Positions 28,457 through 37,121 of a DNA stretch of 64,000 bases are shown piece after piece. Under the pieces are notes generated by a model. The model did no database searches, was not told where the DNA came from, and saw only the letters and a list, made by a program, of their open reading frames with translations. The position numbers and the translations under genes are program-made. Source of the DNA: Candidatus Latescibacterota bacterium (GTDB lineage: Bacteria; Latescibacterota; UBA2968; GCA-2709665); NCBI GenBank assembly GCA_965203805.1, contig OZ241917.1, positions 5,792,001 to 5,856,000 on the forward strand, written 5' to 3'. The first letter of the stretch is position 1, and each line of letters opens with the position of its first letter.

Positions 28457-29290
28457 TCAGATGGGTTCGACGCCGGCCCACGCCGGCAGAAGACGGGCAG
28501 TGTTGTTCCACAGGATCTCTTTCTTGACGGCGTCCGGGAGATCGGTTCCCAGCGTCTTGCCCAGCTGCACGCCAAAATGGCGGATCGGGGCGTCTGAGCC
28601 GTAGACGATGCGTTCGGTCCCGATGGTCGCCGCGGCGGCTTCGACGATTCCGCTGTCCGGGTCTCCTCCGGATGTGTCCACGTGAATGTTCGGACAGTCT
28701 GCCACGTCTTCCATGCCGGCCAGACCGCACCCGTTCATGTGAGCCATGATGATGTCGGCCGCAGGGTGGCGACGCGCCAGGTGCGCCACGTCGGCCGGAA
28801 TGGATTCACCCACAAGATTGCCGTTGGTCTTGATCCATGCGTGTTGCAGCACGGGAACGCCGAATTGTACGGCCCGTTCCAGGATGGGGTCCAGTCCCGG
28901 ATCCGTAGCGCGGCGGGCAACCCACAACTTGATCCCGCACATACGCTCGCTTTCGACGCAGCGGTCGATTTCCGCAACGGATTCGACCGGGTACATCGGA
29001 TTGACGTAGCAGAAGGGGATAAAGATCTCCGGCGCGACGTCCCGCATCGCCAGAGCATAGTCGTTCGCCTGCCTGAACGCTTCAACCGACGGCTCCCGCG
29101 GGCAGGTGGTGTGCAGGGAAAAAAGGCACATCTTTTCCACTCCCGAGCGCCTGGCGGATTCAATGATCAGGCGCGCGTCTTCCCTGACGTCGGCAATCCT
29201 GTAGAGTCCGAAGCAGTCCAGCGGATGCACATGGACGTCCAGGGCCGGGCAGAGCGGTTGCAGGCGGTTCTTCATTTCGGAAGCCGTCAT
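28457..29290 (-). CDS. Amidohydrolase_2 family protein (paralog A')
   Basis: LDVHVHP, GIKLW, LQHAW, IMAH, YGSD. Confidence 0.8.
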   Translation of the reverse strand: MTASEMKNRLQPLCPALDVHVHPLDCFGLYRIADVREDARLIIESARRSGVEKMCLFSLHTTCPREPSVEAFRQANDYALAMRDVAPEIFIPFCYVNPMYPVESVAEIDRCVESERMCGIKLWVARRATDPGLDPILERAVQFGVPVLQHAWIKTNGNLVGESIPADVAHLARRHPAADIIMAHMNGCGLAGMEDVADCPNIHVDTSGGDPDSGIVEAAAATIGTERIVYGSDAPIRHFGVQLGKTLGTDLPDAVKKEILWNNTARLLPAWAGVEPI

Positions 29291-29433
29291 CGCTTTCTCC
29301 GGGATGAAGCACAACGTCTAAGAAGCACACGATCCGGTGGGTGCTTTTTTCGATAAATCCCTTGCCCCCGCAATTCGTCCCATATATAATTAACTTGCGC
29401 GCAAATGTCAGCAGATTTCGGCACGGGAGGAAG

Positions 29434-30207
29434 ATGAAAGCGATTATCATGGCGGCGGGTTACGCCACCCGCCTGTACCCGCTGACCCTGAATTTCCCGA
29501 AAGGGCTCCTCAAGGTGGGCGGGCGCACGATTGTGGACTATCTGATGGATCAGATCGAGTCCTTACCCGGGCTCGACGGGGTCTATCTGATAACCAACCG
29601 GCGGTTCGCCGGCCACTTCGAGCGGTGGGCGGCAGGGTGGAACGGTCGCCTGAACATCGACGTGATCGACGACGGCACCACCTCCAACGAGAACCGGCTG
29701 GGGGCGGTGGGGGACATCCGGTTCGCCATTCGCGCGCGGGCGGTATCGGATGATATTCTGGTGTGCGGATCGGACAATCTGCTTCAATTTCGCCTGAAGG
29801 ATCTGGTGGCCGACTTCCGCGCGAATCCGGCCGCCCACGTCTGCGTGGGTCGCGTGGACGATCCGGAGGACCGCAGGCGCCGCGGCATCGCGGTGCTGGA
29901 TGCAGACAACCGGGTGGTCAGGTTTGCCGAAAAACCCGATCGGCCGGAGTCGTCCTGGGGCTCGGCGGCCATCTATGTATATCCCGCGTCGACGCTGACG
30001 CGGTTCGACGAATATATCGAGAGCGGCCGGACGCCGGACGCGCCGGGTCACTTTGTGGAGTGGCTCTGCCAGGTGGAACCCGTCTACGCGCACAGGATTT
30101 CCGGCGGCGTGGTCGATATCGGAACTCCGGAAGCTCTGGAGCAGGCCAGGCGCGAGTACGGGGGCGCGGGGCGTCGGCCGGTTCAACGCAATCAGTGCGG
30201 GCAATGA
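29434..30207 (+). CDS. Sugar-phosphate nucleotidyltransferase family protein
   Basis: MKAIIMAAGYATRLYPLT...PK.LL, FAEKP, DIGT; SD GGGAGG. Confidence 0.88.
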   Translation: MKAIIMAAGYATRLYPLTLNFPKGLLKVGGRTIVDYLMDQIESLPGLDGVYLITNRRFAGHFERWAAGWNGRLNIDVIDDGTTSNENRLGAVGDIRFAIRARAVSDDILVCGSDNLLQFRLKDLVADFRANPAAHVCVGRVDDPEDRRRRGIAVLDADNRVVRFAEKPDRPESSWGSAAIYVYPASTLTRFDEYIESGRTPDAPGHFVEWLCQVEPVYAHRISGGVVDIGTPEALEQARREYGGAGRRPVQRNQCGQ

Positions 30208-31697
30208 CCATGTTTCATCTGATTCACCAAATGCGGTTCATTCATTCGAAGGCGGAGAAGGTGCTCAGGGGCGTATTCGCACTGCTTCTGATTCCGGTTG
30301 CGGCGTATGCCCACAGCCTCGGGGCGGATTTCGACGGGGACGGCGAAGTCGGCTTCGCGGATTTTCTGCTGTTTGCCGAAGCGTACGGGTCCACGAACGT
30401 CCGCTTCGATCTGAACGACGATGGAAATGTGGATTTCAACGACTTTCTGCTGTTCGCGGCGGACTTCGGCAGGGTGACGAATGAGGAGGGGGATACGGAC
30501 GTCGGGGGCGTCCGCTCCACGTTCGAGGCGATACAGGACCACATATTCAATGAAAGCTGCATCAGCAGTTCCTGCCACAGTTCGGCGTGGGCGGCCGCCG
30601 GACTTTCGCTCGAACCCGACGTGGCATATGAGCAACTGGTGGGGCGGGTGCCGCAGAACGCGAAGGCGCGGGAAGAAGGGATGCTGCTGGTCACGGCGGG
30701 GGATCCCGGAAAGAGCTTTCTGATCACGAAGCTGACCGGGTCCGGGGTGGGGTACGGCGATCGGATGCCCAGGTCGTATTCCAGTCTGAGCGGTGTCGCG
30801 ATCGACGCGGTCCGCGCGTGGGTCGCGGCCGGTGCGCCCCGGGACAGCGTGGTGGCGGACGCGCCCGATCTGGACAGGGTCCTGCACAGGACGGAGTTCC
30901 ACTTCCAGCCGCCCGCGCCGCCACGGCGGGGAATTCAGCTTCACCTGGAACCCTTCGCGGTCGCGCCGCGTTCGGAGCGTGAGATATTCTCAACCACCCG
31001 GCTCGGGGTCGTGGAAGACCTGATGGTGAACAGGATCGAGGTGGCGCAGCCGGAGGGCAGCCATCACTTCATTCTCTACCAGGCGACCGACGAAAACCCG
31101 CCCCCGCCGGGTATTCGCGACCTGGATCCGATTGAAGCTCTCGGGATCTTCCGGAAACGGTTTGTCGTGGGCAGCCAGTCTCCGAAGGCGGAGTTCGAAT
31201 TCCCCGAGGGCATTGCAATTCCGATGCCTGCCGACGCGGCCTACGAGCTGAACTCTCATTTCGTGAACACCTCGGGGGAGAACACGCTCATCGGCGAGGT
31301 CTACGTCAATCTGCACACGATACCCGCCGACAGCGTCAGGGAGGTGGCAAAGCCCATCTTCATCAGCAATTTCGGCATATCCGTTCCGCCGGGTCGAACG
31401 GAGACCACCGCGCGTGACTGGACGCTGGAGCGCGACGTCAACGTGATCATGCTGTCCTCGCACATGCATCGCCATGGCAGGCGATTCGATATCTTCCTGG
31501 GCGAGGAACGCATCTACCGGAACGAGGAATGGGACGAGCCGGTGACACTCGTATTCAATCCCGCGCTCGAGGTCAAGGCGGGAGAGCGGGTGAGGTTCGA
31601 GTGCACGCACGAAAACGACGACAAGGACTTCACAATCCGCTTCGGATTCACCGCCGAGAACGACGAAATGTGCATTATGCTGGGATATTACTATTAA
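30204..31697 (+). CDS. Secreted EF-hand/dockerin-like + cytochrome c-like + copper type II (PHM/DBH-like) monooxygenase fusion
   Basis: Signal-like N-terminus; DFDGDGEVGFADF and DLNDDGNVDFNDF; CISSSCH..GDRMP; Cu ligands GSHHF, NSHF, HMH, EMC. Confidence 0.75.
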   Translation: MTMFHLIHQMRFIHSKAEKVLRGVFALLLIPVAAYAHSLGADFDGDGEVGFADFLLFAEAYGSTNVRFDLNDDGNVDFNDFLLFAADFGRVTNEEGDTDVGGVRSTFEAIQDHIFNESCISSSCHSSAWAAAGLSLEPDVAYEQLVGRVPQNAKAREEGMLLVTAGDPGKSFLITKLTGSGVGYGDRMPRSYSSLSGVAIDAVRAWVAAGAPRDSVVADAPDLDRVLHRTEFHFQPPAPPRRGIQLHLEPFAVAPRSEREIFSTTRLGVVEDLMVNRIEVAQPEGSHHFILYQATDENPPPPGIRDLDPIEALGIFRKRFVVGSQSPKAEFEFPEGIAIPMPADAAYELNSHFVNTSGENTLIGEVYVNLHTIPADSVREVAKPIFISNFGISVPPGRTETTARDWTLERDVNVIMLSSHMHRHGRRFDIFLGEERIYRNEEWDEPVTLVFNPALEVKAGERVRFECTHENDDKDFTIRFGFTAENDEMCIMLGYYY

Positions 31698-32533
31698 GCG
31701 GGCCGGGAACGGCCTGCCTGCGAAGGATGGATGCCGGAGGCAGACAAAGGCGGTCGGCGTCCCTGCGCGACGTTCCTCATGACCTCGTCGAACAAAGCCC
31801 CGTTGGTGGAAATGGCTTCGCCGCCCGCGATGGTCGCGTTTCCGCTCCAGTCGGTAAAGGTGCCGCCCGCTTCTTCCAGAATGGGCTGAAGCGCGGCGCA
31901 GTCCCACACGGCCATAATGGGGTCCAGCATGATCTCGGCGCGGCCGGTGGCGACCAGGATGTGTCCGTAGCAGTCCCCCCACCCCCTGCAATAGGCGACT
32001 TTTCCCGCGAGGTTTCGGTACGCGCCATCCCTGCCGTATTCGGCGAACGACTCAAAGTCGGTGGCGCACAGGAGAGCGTCTTCCAGGCGTGAGACCGTGG
32101 AGACGCTCGCAGGACGGCCGTTCCAGGTGCAGCCCGAGCCCCTGGCCGCGCAGACCATCTCGTTCATGGCCGGAAGGTGGACCACGCCGACGGACGGGAC
32201 GCCATCGATTTCCACGCAGATCATCACGCCGTAGAGCGGAACGCCGTGAACGAACGACTTCGTACCGTCAATCGGGTCGATGATCCAGCGGCGGCCGGTG
32301 CGGCCGGCGTGATCTCCAAACTCTTCGCCGACGATGGCGTCGTCTGGAAAACGGTCCCTTATCAGCCCGGCGATCCCTCGTTCCGCGGCGCGGTCGGCTT
32401 CGGTAACGGGGCTGTCGTCGGACTTTTTGTCGATTCGAACACCGGTCTGAAAGTAACGCAGGGTAATGCGTCCGGCCTGCCAGGCCGCATGGGTGCTGAA
32501 GGCCAGGAGATCCTGGAGAGACGGCTCTGCCAT
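31694..32533 (-). CDS. hisN: Histidinol-phosphate phosphatase (inositol monophosphatase family)
   Basis: SPVTEADR, GEEFG, WIIDPIDGTKSF..GVP, GWGD.YG, WD.AAL..I..EAGG. Confidence 0.75.
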   Translation of the reverse strand: MAEPSLQDLLAFSTHAAWQAGRITLRYFQTGVRIDKKSDDSPVTEADRAAERGIAGLIRDRFPDDAIVGEEFGDHAGRTGRRWIIDPIDGTKSFVHGVPLYGVMICVEIDGVPSVGVVHLPAMNEMVCAARGSGCTWNGRPASVSTVSRLEDALLCATDFESFAEYGRDGAYRNLAGKVAYCRGWGDCYGHILVATGRAEIMLDPIMAVWDCAALQPILEEAGGTFTDWSGNATIAGGEAISTNGALFDEVMRNVAQGRRPPLSASGIHPSQAGRSRPA

Positions 32534-32631
32534 GGGCGTTCCTTTCTCTGCAGTGCGAAGATGCATGCCCGTGTCGGGTTTACCGAGTTCCCGCGGCGTG
32601 CCGGAGACGAAGTTCCTCCGTTCCTGGCTGG

Positions 32632-32660
32632 AATGTATGCAGGCGTCCGCAGGAAGTCAA
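32632..32660 (-). promoter_or_regulatory. Sigma70-type promoter for hisN
   Basis: Minus strand TTGACT-17 nt-TACATT. Confidence 0.55.
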
Positions 32661-32694
32661 GTCGACGCCGGCAACGGACTGCCCGGAGTTCCGC

Positions 32695-32723
32695 TTGCAT
32701 TTTCAGAACGGAATGTTTATATT
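32695..32723 (+). promoter_or_regulatory. Sigma70-type promoter driving a short terminated transcript
   Basis: TTGCAT-17 nt-TATATT. Confidence 0.6.
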
Positions 32724-32729
32724 TGTTCG

Positions 32730-32868
32730 TGGAGGCTGGATCTTCAGGATTCAACCTCTAAAAGTGCCTTGAATCTACGGAAGGGTGACCCAACCGGAAG
32801 TTATTCCACAGGTACCTGTGGAACTTCGTCAATAATTTTCGGCGCCTGGTAGGTTAGGCGCTTTTTTT
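32730..32868 (+). ncRNA. Candidate small RNA or attenuated leader (~140 nt)
   Basis: Bounded by a promoter and an intrinsic terminator; 5' hairpin GAGGCTGGATC/GATTCAACCTC; perfect 20-bp palindrome 32804-32823. Confidence 0.45.
32841..32868 (+). terminator. Rho-independent terminator
   Basis: GCGCCTGG-TAGG-TTAGGCGC followed by T7. Confidence 0.8.
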
Positions 32869-32980
32869 ATCTCCATGCGTGGTGCGGCCGGCAGGCCGGG
32901 GCGCAAGGATGGTTTGGCGCACGGTGGTCCCGCGGACTCGTGACGGGACAGCTCGTGACGTGGTCGGAAGGGACGGACAG

Positions 32981-33754
32981 ATGCTGAACGTCGAGATTGT
33001 GGAACCTGCGGAAGTACGGAAGGCGACCCGGATCTTCCACCGGGACGGATTTGTCGTGATGCGAAATGCCCTGACGGCCGAACAGTTGGCTTACGCGAGG
33101 TCGGGGGCGGAACGCGTGATCGCGGAACAGACCGCGGCCATTCCGCTCGAGGACGCGAACCGCGGGTACGCGCGTTACTCTTTCGGACCTCAACTCCACC
33201 ATCCGGAATGGGCCCAACTGATTGATTTACAAACGGTTTTGCCGGTTTTGGAAGCAATATGGGGAAGCAGTGATTTCCACTGCTGGGGCGGCGGAGGAGA
33301 TTATTCTCTGCCCGGCGCAAAAATCCATAAACTGCACGCGGATATCACCGACATGCTCCACGACCCCCAGGGACGGGTGAACGTGATGGACCTGCCCACG
33401 CCGGTTATCGTGGTGAATTTCCCCATGGTGGATTTCAGGGAGATCAATGGCGCGACGCGGTATGTCCCCGCCACCCACCGCAACCGGGATCCGGCGCCGG
33501 GGCTTGAGGAGGAGCCGGATTGGATGAAACGGTCGATTGTCTGCGGACCTGCCGGAGGGGCGGTGATTCGTGATATCCGGTGCTGGCACGGGGGCACGGC
33601 CAACAGGTCGGACGAGGTGCGCGCAATGACCAGCGTGGGCTATGGGGCGCCATGGTTTCTGTGGCTCAGGAAGGAGATGCCCCTGCCCCGGAACGTGTAC
33701 GATACCCTGTCGGACAGGGCGAAGGGACTGACGCGCTTCATCGTGGACGTCTGA
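32981..33754 (+). CDS. Phytanoyl-CoA dioxygenase (PhyH) family protein
   Basis: FHRDGFVV..NAL, LHAD, NGAT.YVP.TH, WHGG.AN.S. Confidence 0.85.
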   Translation: MLNVEIVEPAEVRKATRIFHRDGFVVMRNALTAEQLAYARSGAERVIAEQTAAIPLEDANRGYARYSFGPQLHHPEWAQLIDLQTVLPVLEAIWGSSDFHCWGGGGDYSLPGAKIHKLHADITDMLHDPQGRVNVMDLPTPVIVVNFPMVDFREINGATRYVPATHRNRDPAPGLEEEPDWMKRSIVCGPAGGAVIRDIRCWHGGTANRSDEVRAMTSVGYGAPWFLWLRKEMPLPRNVYDTLSDRAKGLTRFIVDV

Positions 33755-33903
33755 TCGGGACGGAGTGGGTACCCGGGCCGACGGAGACGGATCGCATCAC
33801 GTTGATGACAGTGGCTTTCGGGCTTTGCGGCGCCTTTTCCGGACGAATGGAAACCGGGCGCATAAGCGGGGCGCAACTTCGGTTGCGTCCCGCTTTTCTT
33901 TCG

Positions 33904-34923
33904 TCAGGCGGCATATCCGATTTCTTGCAATGAGACCTGCTTCCCGGTGTTGTGCGCTCTGCCGGCCGCCTCGGAGACCGCAACGCTTTCCAGGATTTCC
34001 GGGTAGGGAACCGGGGACTGGCGGGTTTCAACCATTTTTCGGATCAGTCTGATATTCTCGTATGCGCCGTAGGGAAAGACGTAGTCGCCAAGAGGCGCTG
34101 AATGGATGTCGCCCATATTTCCATATGCGCTGGCGTAGAAAGCGCAGTGATAGGTATCTCCCGTGTCGCAGCAAAGCAGCGCCCCGCGTCGGGGAAAGCG
34201 GGGTTCGTCAGGGTAGATGAGGTGCATGAAGCCGCCCGTGTTTTCTCCCATGGATTCCACGGCGCGCACGCCTGTTCCGAACAGGTTCTGAGCCAGGCAG
34301 ATGGCGTGGATCTGACCGGCCAGCGAGGGGCCTCCCCCGCGGATGGAAACGAACTCCAGATTGCCCACTTCCTGCAGGCGGGCGGCGAACTGCCTGGCCT
34401 GCGGGAGGGTGTTCAGGATTGAACGTGAAAGCATCGGGGCATTGCGCCTGCGCGCCAGGTCGACGATGGCGTTGGCGTTTTCCAGGTTGTTCGCGAGCGG
34501 TTTGTCGATAAAGGTGGGTACGCCTTTTTCGAGGCCCGGCCGGGCCAGTTCGAGATGGTCGGCGCCGTCGTAGTTGCAGTCCGCGACCAGTACAAGGTCC
34601 ACGTCGTCCGAAACTTCGTGAACATGGTCGCATACCCGCGGCCGTGACGTGAAGACTTCCGCAAAGACCTCTCCCACGCCGGCGTGTTCGTCCCAGACGC
34701 GGGAGATTTCGAATTCGTGCAGGCAGGGCACGGTCATGCGTTCGGGATCGCTGTAGAACGTATAGAAATAGAAGTGGGCCCCGCCGGTCATCCAGCTGTA
34801 GGGCGCCCCGGCGCTGTCTTCCATGGGTTTCTGCAGGCGAAGGGGCGCGTGTTCGGCCATCAGCGCGCCGTAATACATCCCATGCATGTCGCAGCGGATC
34901 AGACCGACTCGGATTTTCTCCAT
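33904..34923 (-). CDS. Gfo/Idh/MocA-like oxidoreductase
   Basis: IRVGLI, DHLELA.P.L..G.PTFIDKPLA. Confidence 0.7.
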   Translation of the reverse strand: MEKIRVGLIRCDMHGMYYGALMAEHAPLRLQKPMEDSAGAPYSWMTGGAHFYFYTFYSDPERMTVPCLHEFEISRVWDEHAGVGEVFAEVFTSRPRVCDHVHEVSDDVDLVLVADCNYDGADHLELARPGLEKGVPTFIDKPLANNLENANAIVDLARRRNAPMLSRSILNTLPQARQFAARLQEVGNLEFVSIRGGGPSLAGQIHAICLAQNLFGTGVRAVESMGENTGGFMHLIYPDEPRFPRRGALLCCDTGDTYHCAFYASAYGNMGDIHSAPLGDYVFPYGAYENIRLIRKMVETRQSPVPYPEILESVAVSEAAGRAHNTGKQVSLQEIGYAA

Positions 34924-35040
34924 GACCAATCTCCTCGAAACCGCGCCTCGAACGCGCACGACGAAGAACAAATGACGCCTCCGTCACCCGGGAGCGCGTA
35001 AAGTATGAAAGAAAAATCGGGAAGACAAGGATTTTTCTTC

Positions 35041-35069
35041 TTGATTACTGAACAAATGTTCAGTATATT
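35041..35069 (+). promoter_or_regulatory. Sigma70 promoter with a LexA-type palindromic operator filling the spacer
   Basis: TTGATT-17 nt-TATATT; palindrome TACTGAACA-AA-TGTTCAGTA (35046-35065) matches both CTG-N10-CAG and GAAC-N4-GTTC. Confidence 0.75.
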
Positions 35070-35155
35070 GATGGGTACTGAAGGACAATACGCGCTCCAC
35101 GCCACATGGTCCCTTTACAACAGGTCGGGTACCTTCAGTTCACGGAGGCCGGTTC

Positions 35156-36013
35156 ATGTCTGCTGCTCGAACACCCGGGGTTCGTCTCACGTCTGATGAA
35201 AGATCGCTGGAATATTATTACAGGGAGGTGGATCGCCACCCGCGAATCGACTCGGCCGCGGAAAGGGAACTTGCGGCCAGGATCGAGACAGGAGATGAAG
35301 CGGCGCTCGAGGCGCTTGTCAATGCCAACCTTCGCTTTGTCATTCATATCGCCAGGGGGTACCGGAACCAGGGTCTGTCGATGGGAGATCTCATCAACGA
35401 GGGCAATTACGGGCTGCTGCGGGCCGCGCGAAAATTCGATCGCCGCAAGGATTGCAGGTTCATCACCTATGCCGTCTGGTGGATCCGGCAGCATATTCTC
35501 AAGGCCCTGGACGTCCAGACCCGTCCCGTCCGCCTTCCTGCCAGCGTGCTGAACGATTTCGGCCGCTTCAGCAAGACCGAGGCGCGCCTCGTGCAGCACC
35601 TGGAGCGAGTCCCCGCGCCGGAAGAGGTCGCTGCCCGGTCCGGTCTGTCGGCCCGGCGGTTGAAACGCTGTCTGGATGCAGGCACAAATGTCATATCGAT
35701 GGACTCGACCTGCGCCGGCGACGGCCTGAGCCTTGCGGAGACGCTGCCGGACACGTGCGCCCCAATGGCCGACGAAGCCTTCGATGAGGGGCGCAGGGCC
35801 CGTGCCCTCATGGAAACGCTGAATGGACTTTCTGAACGGCACCGCAAGATCCTGACGCTTTATTTCGGGATGCTCGGAGAGGAACCTGCTACGTACCAGG
35901 AGATTGGCCGCCGGATGGGCATCAGCCGCGAACGGGTGAGGCAGTTGAAAGAGGATGCATTCGGAAAATTGCGGCACCCGTCGATTCGGAGGCGCCTCGA
36001 GGCGTATCTGTAG
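35156..36013 (+). CDS. RpoD/RpoS-family alternative sigma factor lacking region 1.1
   Basis: LVNANLRFV..IA..Y, DLINEGN.GL, RFITYAVWWIRQ, TYQEIG..MGISRERVRQ. Confidence 0.93.
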   Translation: MSAARTPGVRLTSDERSLEYYYREVDRHPRIDSAAERELAARIETGDEAALEALVNANLRFVIHIARGYRNQGLSMGDLINEGNYGLLRAARKFDRRKDCRFITYAVWWIRQHILKALDVQTRPVRLPASVLNDFGRFSKTEARLVQHLERVPAPEEVAARSGLSARRLKRCLDAGTNVISMDSTCAGDGLSLAETLPDTCAPMADEAFDEGRRARALMETLNGLSERHRKILTLYFGMLGEEPATYQEIGRRMGISRERVRQLKEDAFGKLRHPSIRRRLEAYL

Positions 36014-36249
36014 TATGGATAGGTGCGTTATCCCGGTTTCCTGATTGCGGTGTCCATGTGCGTGTGAACGGGTCGCGGCAATGCCGCGGCCCGTCTTTTC
36101 TGTCTGATAACTGCACCGAGATACCCGCTCGACCCGTTCCCCGCCACACGTTTCCGGACGTTTGCGCTTGACGGATTGCGGGAAATGCTTCAACTTATAT
36201 TCGAATTCCGTTCGCACCGTTTTCCACATTTTCTGAAGGCCGTCTGCCT

Positions 36250-37035
36250 GTGCCGGTCGTTATTTCTGCGATTCTGGGCGCCCTGGTTTTGATATGGGGC
36301 GGGGTTTTTGCGCTTATCCGCTGGGTGAAACCGCTGTCGCAAAAGCACCTGCTGGGTTTTGCCGGCTATGCGAGCGTCGTGTCCGGGCTGTCGGTCTTTC
36401 TCGTGGTCCAGACGGCGCTTCAGCAGCAGGACGTGGCGATGAAGGACACCCGCGAACGACTGGACAGGACGGTGGATACGTTCCGCGAGAAGCTGGACGA
36501 GCAGGGCGCGAAACTCCTGGACCGGACCATGGAAAAGGTGGACCTGACCAGGTCCGAGTGGGAAGTGCGTGCGGACCTGCAGGAGGAGCGATCGCGCCAC
36601 GCGCGCACGAATGCGGACCTGCGGGATACCCGAACCCGGCTTCAGGGCACGGAGGCGGCGTTGACAGACGAAGTGAACGCCCGCAACGCCTTCTCGGACA
36701 GCCTGAATACCGAACGCGCGCTGAGGCGGAACTCGGAGGCGCAACTGGCCAGGGAGGGGGCGGGCCACAAGGCAACACTCGGAGAGCTCGCCCGTGCGCG
36801 TGAAAAGCTGGCGGCCGCCGAGGCGCGCGTGGAACGGCAGAAAGAGGAGTTGGCCAAGCTGCGCACGTCCCTGCAGCGCGCCGAGCAGAGGGTTCGGGAC
36901 GCGTTGAGGAACGCGTCCACGGCACAGAATGACCTCATCGAAACCATGATCAGGCAGGTCAAGGCGGCTCAGACCCTGCAGGCTGCCGTAGACTCCATCT
37001 ACGGCAAGGTGATGAAACGCCCGCGGAATCCGTAA
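36250..37035 (+). CDS. Membrane-anchored coiled-coil protein, unknown function
   Basis: Two N-terminal hydrophobic segments then ~200 aa of heptad-rich sequence. Confidence 0.7.
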   Translation: MPVVISAILGALVLIWGGVFALIRWVKPLSQKHLLGFAGYASVVSGLSVFLVVQTALQQQDVAMKDTRERLDRTVDTFREKLDEQGAKLLDRTMEKVDLTRSEWEVRADLQEERSRHARTNADLRDTRTRLQGTEAALTDEVNARNAFSDSLNTERALRRNSEAQLAREGAGHKATLGELARAREKLAAAEARVERQKEELAKLRTSLQRAEQRVRDALRNASTAQNDLIETMIRQVKAAQTLQAAVDSIYGKVMKRPRNP

Positions 37036-37121
37036 GCTGTTACGGGGCGGGTGGGAACACAGATTTCGATACACACCACCGCGGTTCACCCGGCGTGAAT
37101 CCGCCCAATTCGGAGGCTGAC

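Noticed and set aside
32800-32823. DnaA boxes or replication origin
   Set aside because: TTATTCCACA does not match TTATCCACA, there is no box cluster, and no dnaA context.
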